64,000 nucleotides of DNA from an uncultured Gemmatimonadaceae bacterium (GTDB taxonomy: Bacteria; Gemmatimonadota; Gemmatimonadetes; Gemmatimonadales; Gemmatimonadaceae): assembly GCA_963843845.1 (NCBI GenBank), contig CAWJMB010000002.1, positions 1,792,001 through 1,856,000 on the forward strand. The letters run 5' to 3'. A program made the translations under genes and the position numbers. Under the pieces are notes generated by a model that ran no database searches, was not told the DNA's origin, and saw only the letters and a list, made by a program, of their open reading frames with translations. Of the stretch, positions 61,313 through 64,000 are shown one piece after another. Every line of letters starts with the position of its first letter. The first letter of the stretch is position 1.

Positions 61313-63557
61313 GTGCCCCTCATCTTCCTCGCGTACGTCGCCCTGCTGGTCGGGAGCGCGGTCGGTGGCTCGCTCGGCCGTGCTGAGGTGTGGATCGCCG
61401 GTGGCGGAGTCGCGCTGACGGCGATCGGGCTGTACCGCGCCCGGCGTGCGGCGCATGCCGGCATCGCGCTGACGCTCGCCGCCTCGACGTTGGCGGCGCA
61501 TGCCGAGGCGCGCGACCGGTCGGCGTGTCGCGACGGCGCGACGCGCGACGGCCGGCTCGCCGTGGTCGTCGAGGCGGACGTTCACGCCACCGGCCGCACC
61601 GCCGCGCGCGCAGTCGGCTGCCGGCTCCCCGTGACCATCAGCGTGGCGCATGGCCGCGCGCGCGCGGGGGACGTGGTCGGCGCGAGCGGCGTCGCGCTGG
61701 CGACCTCGCGCGGCGTGCAACTGCGCGATGCGACGCTCACCCCGTCGGGCGCGCGCTCCGCGCTCGTCGCGTGGCGGGCTGGCGTCGCACGCCGGATCGA
61801 TGCGCTGTTCGGCGAGGACGCTCCGCTCGTCCGCGCGCTCGTCGTCGCGGACGCGCACGACGTCGACGTGTCGGCGCGCGATCGGTTCGCCGACGCGGGA
61901 CTCGTCCACCTCCTCTCCGTATCCGGTCTGCACGTCTCGATCGTCGCCGAGGCGCTGACGCTGCTCCTCGGCGCGTGCCGGCTGTCGCGTCGTGCAGCGC
62001 AGGTCGCGTCGGTCGTCGGAGTCGTCGGCTACGTGGCGGTGATCGGCGCGCCGGCGCCGGCGGTGCGCGCAGCCACGATGCTCGCCGCGCAGCTCGCGTC
62101 GCGACTCGTGCAGCGACCGACGTCGCCGTGGGCCATCCTCGCGTTAGGCGGAACGGTGCCGCTGCTCCGCGATCCGCTCGGCGCCGCGGACCTCGGGTAT
62201 CAGCTGTCGATGGCCGGCATGGCCGCGCTCGTCGGAGGGCGCGCGTTGACCGGACGCCTCGGCGTCGGGTCGCTCGGCGGCTGGCGGCGGACGCTCGCGC
62301 GCGAGCTGGTGACGAGCCTCGTCGCGACCGCCGTCACGGCGCCCATCGTTGCCTGGTGCTTCGGGCGCGTGAGCATCATCGGGCCTCTCGCGAACCTCGC
62401 GGCCGCGCCCGTCGTCGCCCTTCTGCAGCCGACGCTCTTTCTCGCGGTGCTGCTGTCCCCCCTCGGGCCGGTCGCGCAGCACGTCGCGGGCGCCGCGCAC
62501 CTGCTGATCGCCGCGCTCGATCGCGTCGCGAGTGCGGCGTCGCTCGTTCCGCACGCCTCCCTCGCCGTGGCGCCGACGGCAGCGGTCGCGGTCATCGCCG
62601 CTCTCGCCTCGCTCGCGCTGCTCACCGCGTGTGTGGCGCGCGACACGTCCACCCGCAGTCGCGCGCGGCTCGCAAGCGCGGCGGGCGTCGTCGCGATGGT
62701 CGTCGCTCCGCTGCTGCCGGCGCGGTCGACCGGGGCGCTCGAGCTGCACATGCTCGACGCGGGGCAGGGCGACGCGGTCGCGGTGCGCACGCCGCACGGC
62801 CGATGGGTCGTCGTGGACGCCGGCCGAAGCTGGCGCGGCGGCGATGGCGGGCGCGCGACGGTCGTGCCGTACCTGCGACGACGCGGCGGCGCCGTCGACG
62901 CGTTCATCCTGTCGCACGCACACGCCGATCATGCCGGAGGCGCGGCGACGGTGCTGCGCATGCTGCGCCCGGCTCACTACTGGGACGCGGCGTTCGCGCT
63001 CCCGAGCGACGTCTACCGCGCATCGCTCGTCGCGGCGCGCGAGTCGCACGTCGCCTGGCGCCGGGTGCGGCCGAGCGACACGCTCGTCGTCGACGGCGTC
63101 ACGTTTCGCGTGCTCGCGCCGGACTCCGCATGGACGGCCGGACTCCGCGACGCGAATCTGGCGAGCGTCATCGTCAGCGTGCGCGTGGCGCGGTACGCGC
63201 CTCCTGCTGACCGGCGACGCCGAGGCGGCGGAAGAGCGGTGGCTGGTCGAGCGCGCGAGGGTTGATCAGGCGCTCGCGCGCGAACTACGTGCGGACGTGC
63301 TCAAAGTCGCGCATCACGGCAGCCGCACGAGCTCGACGCCCGAGTTCCTCGCGCTCGTACGCCCGCGCGTCGCGCTGGTGAGCGTCGGCGCGGCGAACAG
63401 CTACGGACTGCCTAACGACGACGTGCTCGCGCGCATCGACGGCGTCGGGGCGCAGGTGCTCCGCACCGACGAACTCGGCGCGATCGTCGTTCGAGCCGAC
63501 GGACGGACATTGACGGTCTCCGCCGGCGGTGAGACGTGGCGCATCGCGCCCCGGTAG
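61313..63557 (+). CDS. comEC: ComEC/Rec2 DNA-uptake channel with metallo-beta-lactamase domain; frameshift near 63190
   Basis: GLVHLLSVSGLHV, RA..M, GYQLS, DAGQGD, SHAHADH, LLTGD, KVAHHGS, N.YG.P, RTD..G. Confidence 0.93.
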
Positions 63558-63985
63558 CGCGATCGCGGCGCGTGTGCGCCACGATCGCGCGGACGACCGT
63601 TCACGCGCTGATTGGCCGTGCTCTTGCGCTGCCGCCTGCGGTGGTGGCGCGTTACCCGGAGCTGCGTGCGGCGCGGTGGCGAGCTGGCGGGCTCCCGCTC
63701 CGCGTCGGTGGGTGGCTGCTCGGCCGGCGTACGGTCGCGGGCATCACGCTCGGCCGCACGGTGTGGCTCGCGGCGCCGGATCGGCTCACGCCGTGGCTGC
63801 TCTTGCACGAGCTCTGTCACGTTCATCAGTTTGGTCGAGTCCGCGGGTTCGCGTTCCGATACTCGTGGCAGTCGCTGCGCCATGGGTATGCGGCCAACTG
63901 CTACGAACGCGAAGCGAACGCGTTTGCCGCGGCCGTGCTGCGCGAGCGCCCGCCGGACTCGCTCGATTCTCCTGTCGTTCTCTAG
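63536..63985 (+). CDS. Small HExxH protein (DUF4157-like); start uncertain
   Basis: AGITLG, LLHELCHVHQ, YAANCYEREA. Confidence 0.7.
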   Translation: MAHRAPVARSRRVCATIARTTVHALIGRALALPPAVVARYPELRAARWRAGGLPLRVGGWLLGRRTVAGITLGRTVWLAAPDRLTPWLLLHELCHVHQFGRVRGFAFRYSWQSLRHGYAANCYEREANAFAAAVLRERPPDSLDSPVVL

Positions 63986-64000
63986 CCGAGGATTCCTCGC

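Larger units (their letters stand above)
321..63416. repeat. Dispersed 8-bp motif GTTAGGC(A/G), 15 copies by manual count
   Basis: Plus strand at 321, 6711, 8539, 10735, 24578, 26107, 30646, 32708, 40932, 41980, 62143; minus strand at 35846, 43145, 45065, 63410. Confidence 0.8.

Noticed and set aside
321..63416. GTTAGGC/GCCTAAC as integron attC core sites (GTTRRRY / RYYYAAC)
   Set aside because: Copies are single, kilobases apart and mostly inside housekeeping genes; there are no paired inverse-core/core sites with an attC stem, no cassette array and no integrase
1..64000. Very frequent TCGA-containing words (GTCGAC, CTCGAC, CTCGAG)
   Set aside because: Largely explained by preferred codon pairs (GTC/CTC followed by GAC/GAG); not separable from codon bias by eye
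1..64000. CRISPR array, transposase, prophage or defence system
   Set aside because: No regularly spaced direct repeats and no recognisable Cas, transposase, phage or restriction motifs were found

Overview
High-GC bacterial chromosomal window with no mobile element, prophage or CRISPR array. The gene mix (SusC/SusD pair, MglA, type-2 IleRS, Gram-negative dcw cluster) suggests Gemmatimonadota; this is inference. Left to right: ileS, a dksA/traR-like gene, two tandem lspA, an rluA-family gene; then a ~12 kb tightly packed signalling locus (cheW-cheY-cheA-cheC, large TPR protein, DUF4388-like protein, MglA GTPase, hypothetical, DUF4388+TPR protein, cheR, TPR protein, HExxH protein) with no chemoreceptor, cheB, cheD or mglB; a small membrane protein, tRNA-Val(TAC) and a secreted TPR protein; the dcw cluster (rsmH to ftsZ, lacking mraZ, murB and ddl); an M23 peptidase, ftsY, recG; a minus-strand kinase-lipoprotein-lipid kinase unit; asnS, mazG, alr-deoB-cdd, a lipoprotein/beta-barrel pair, a hybrid kinase, susC/susD, miaB and comEC. 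Many essential genes carry frameshifts, most likely sequencing indels. The two strongest leads are (1) the receptor-less Dif-like chemosensory core joined to an MglA/TPR/DUF4388 module and an orphan CheR, and (2) a dispersed non-palindromic motif GTTAGGC(A/G), 15 copies by manual count, that often forces rare codons inside conserved genes. All family assignments come from motif recognition by eye, not database searches.
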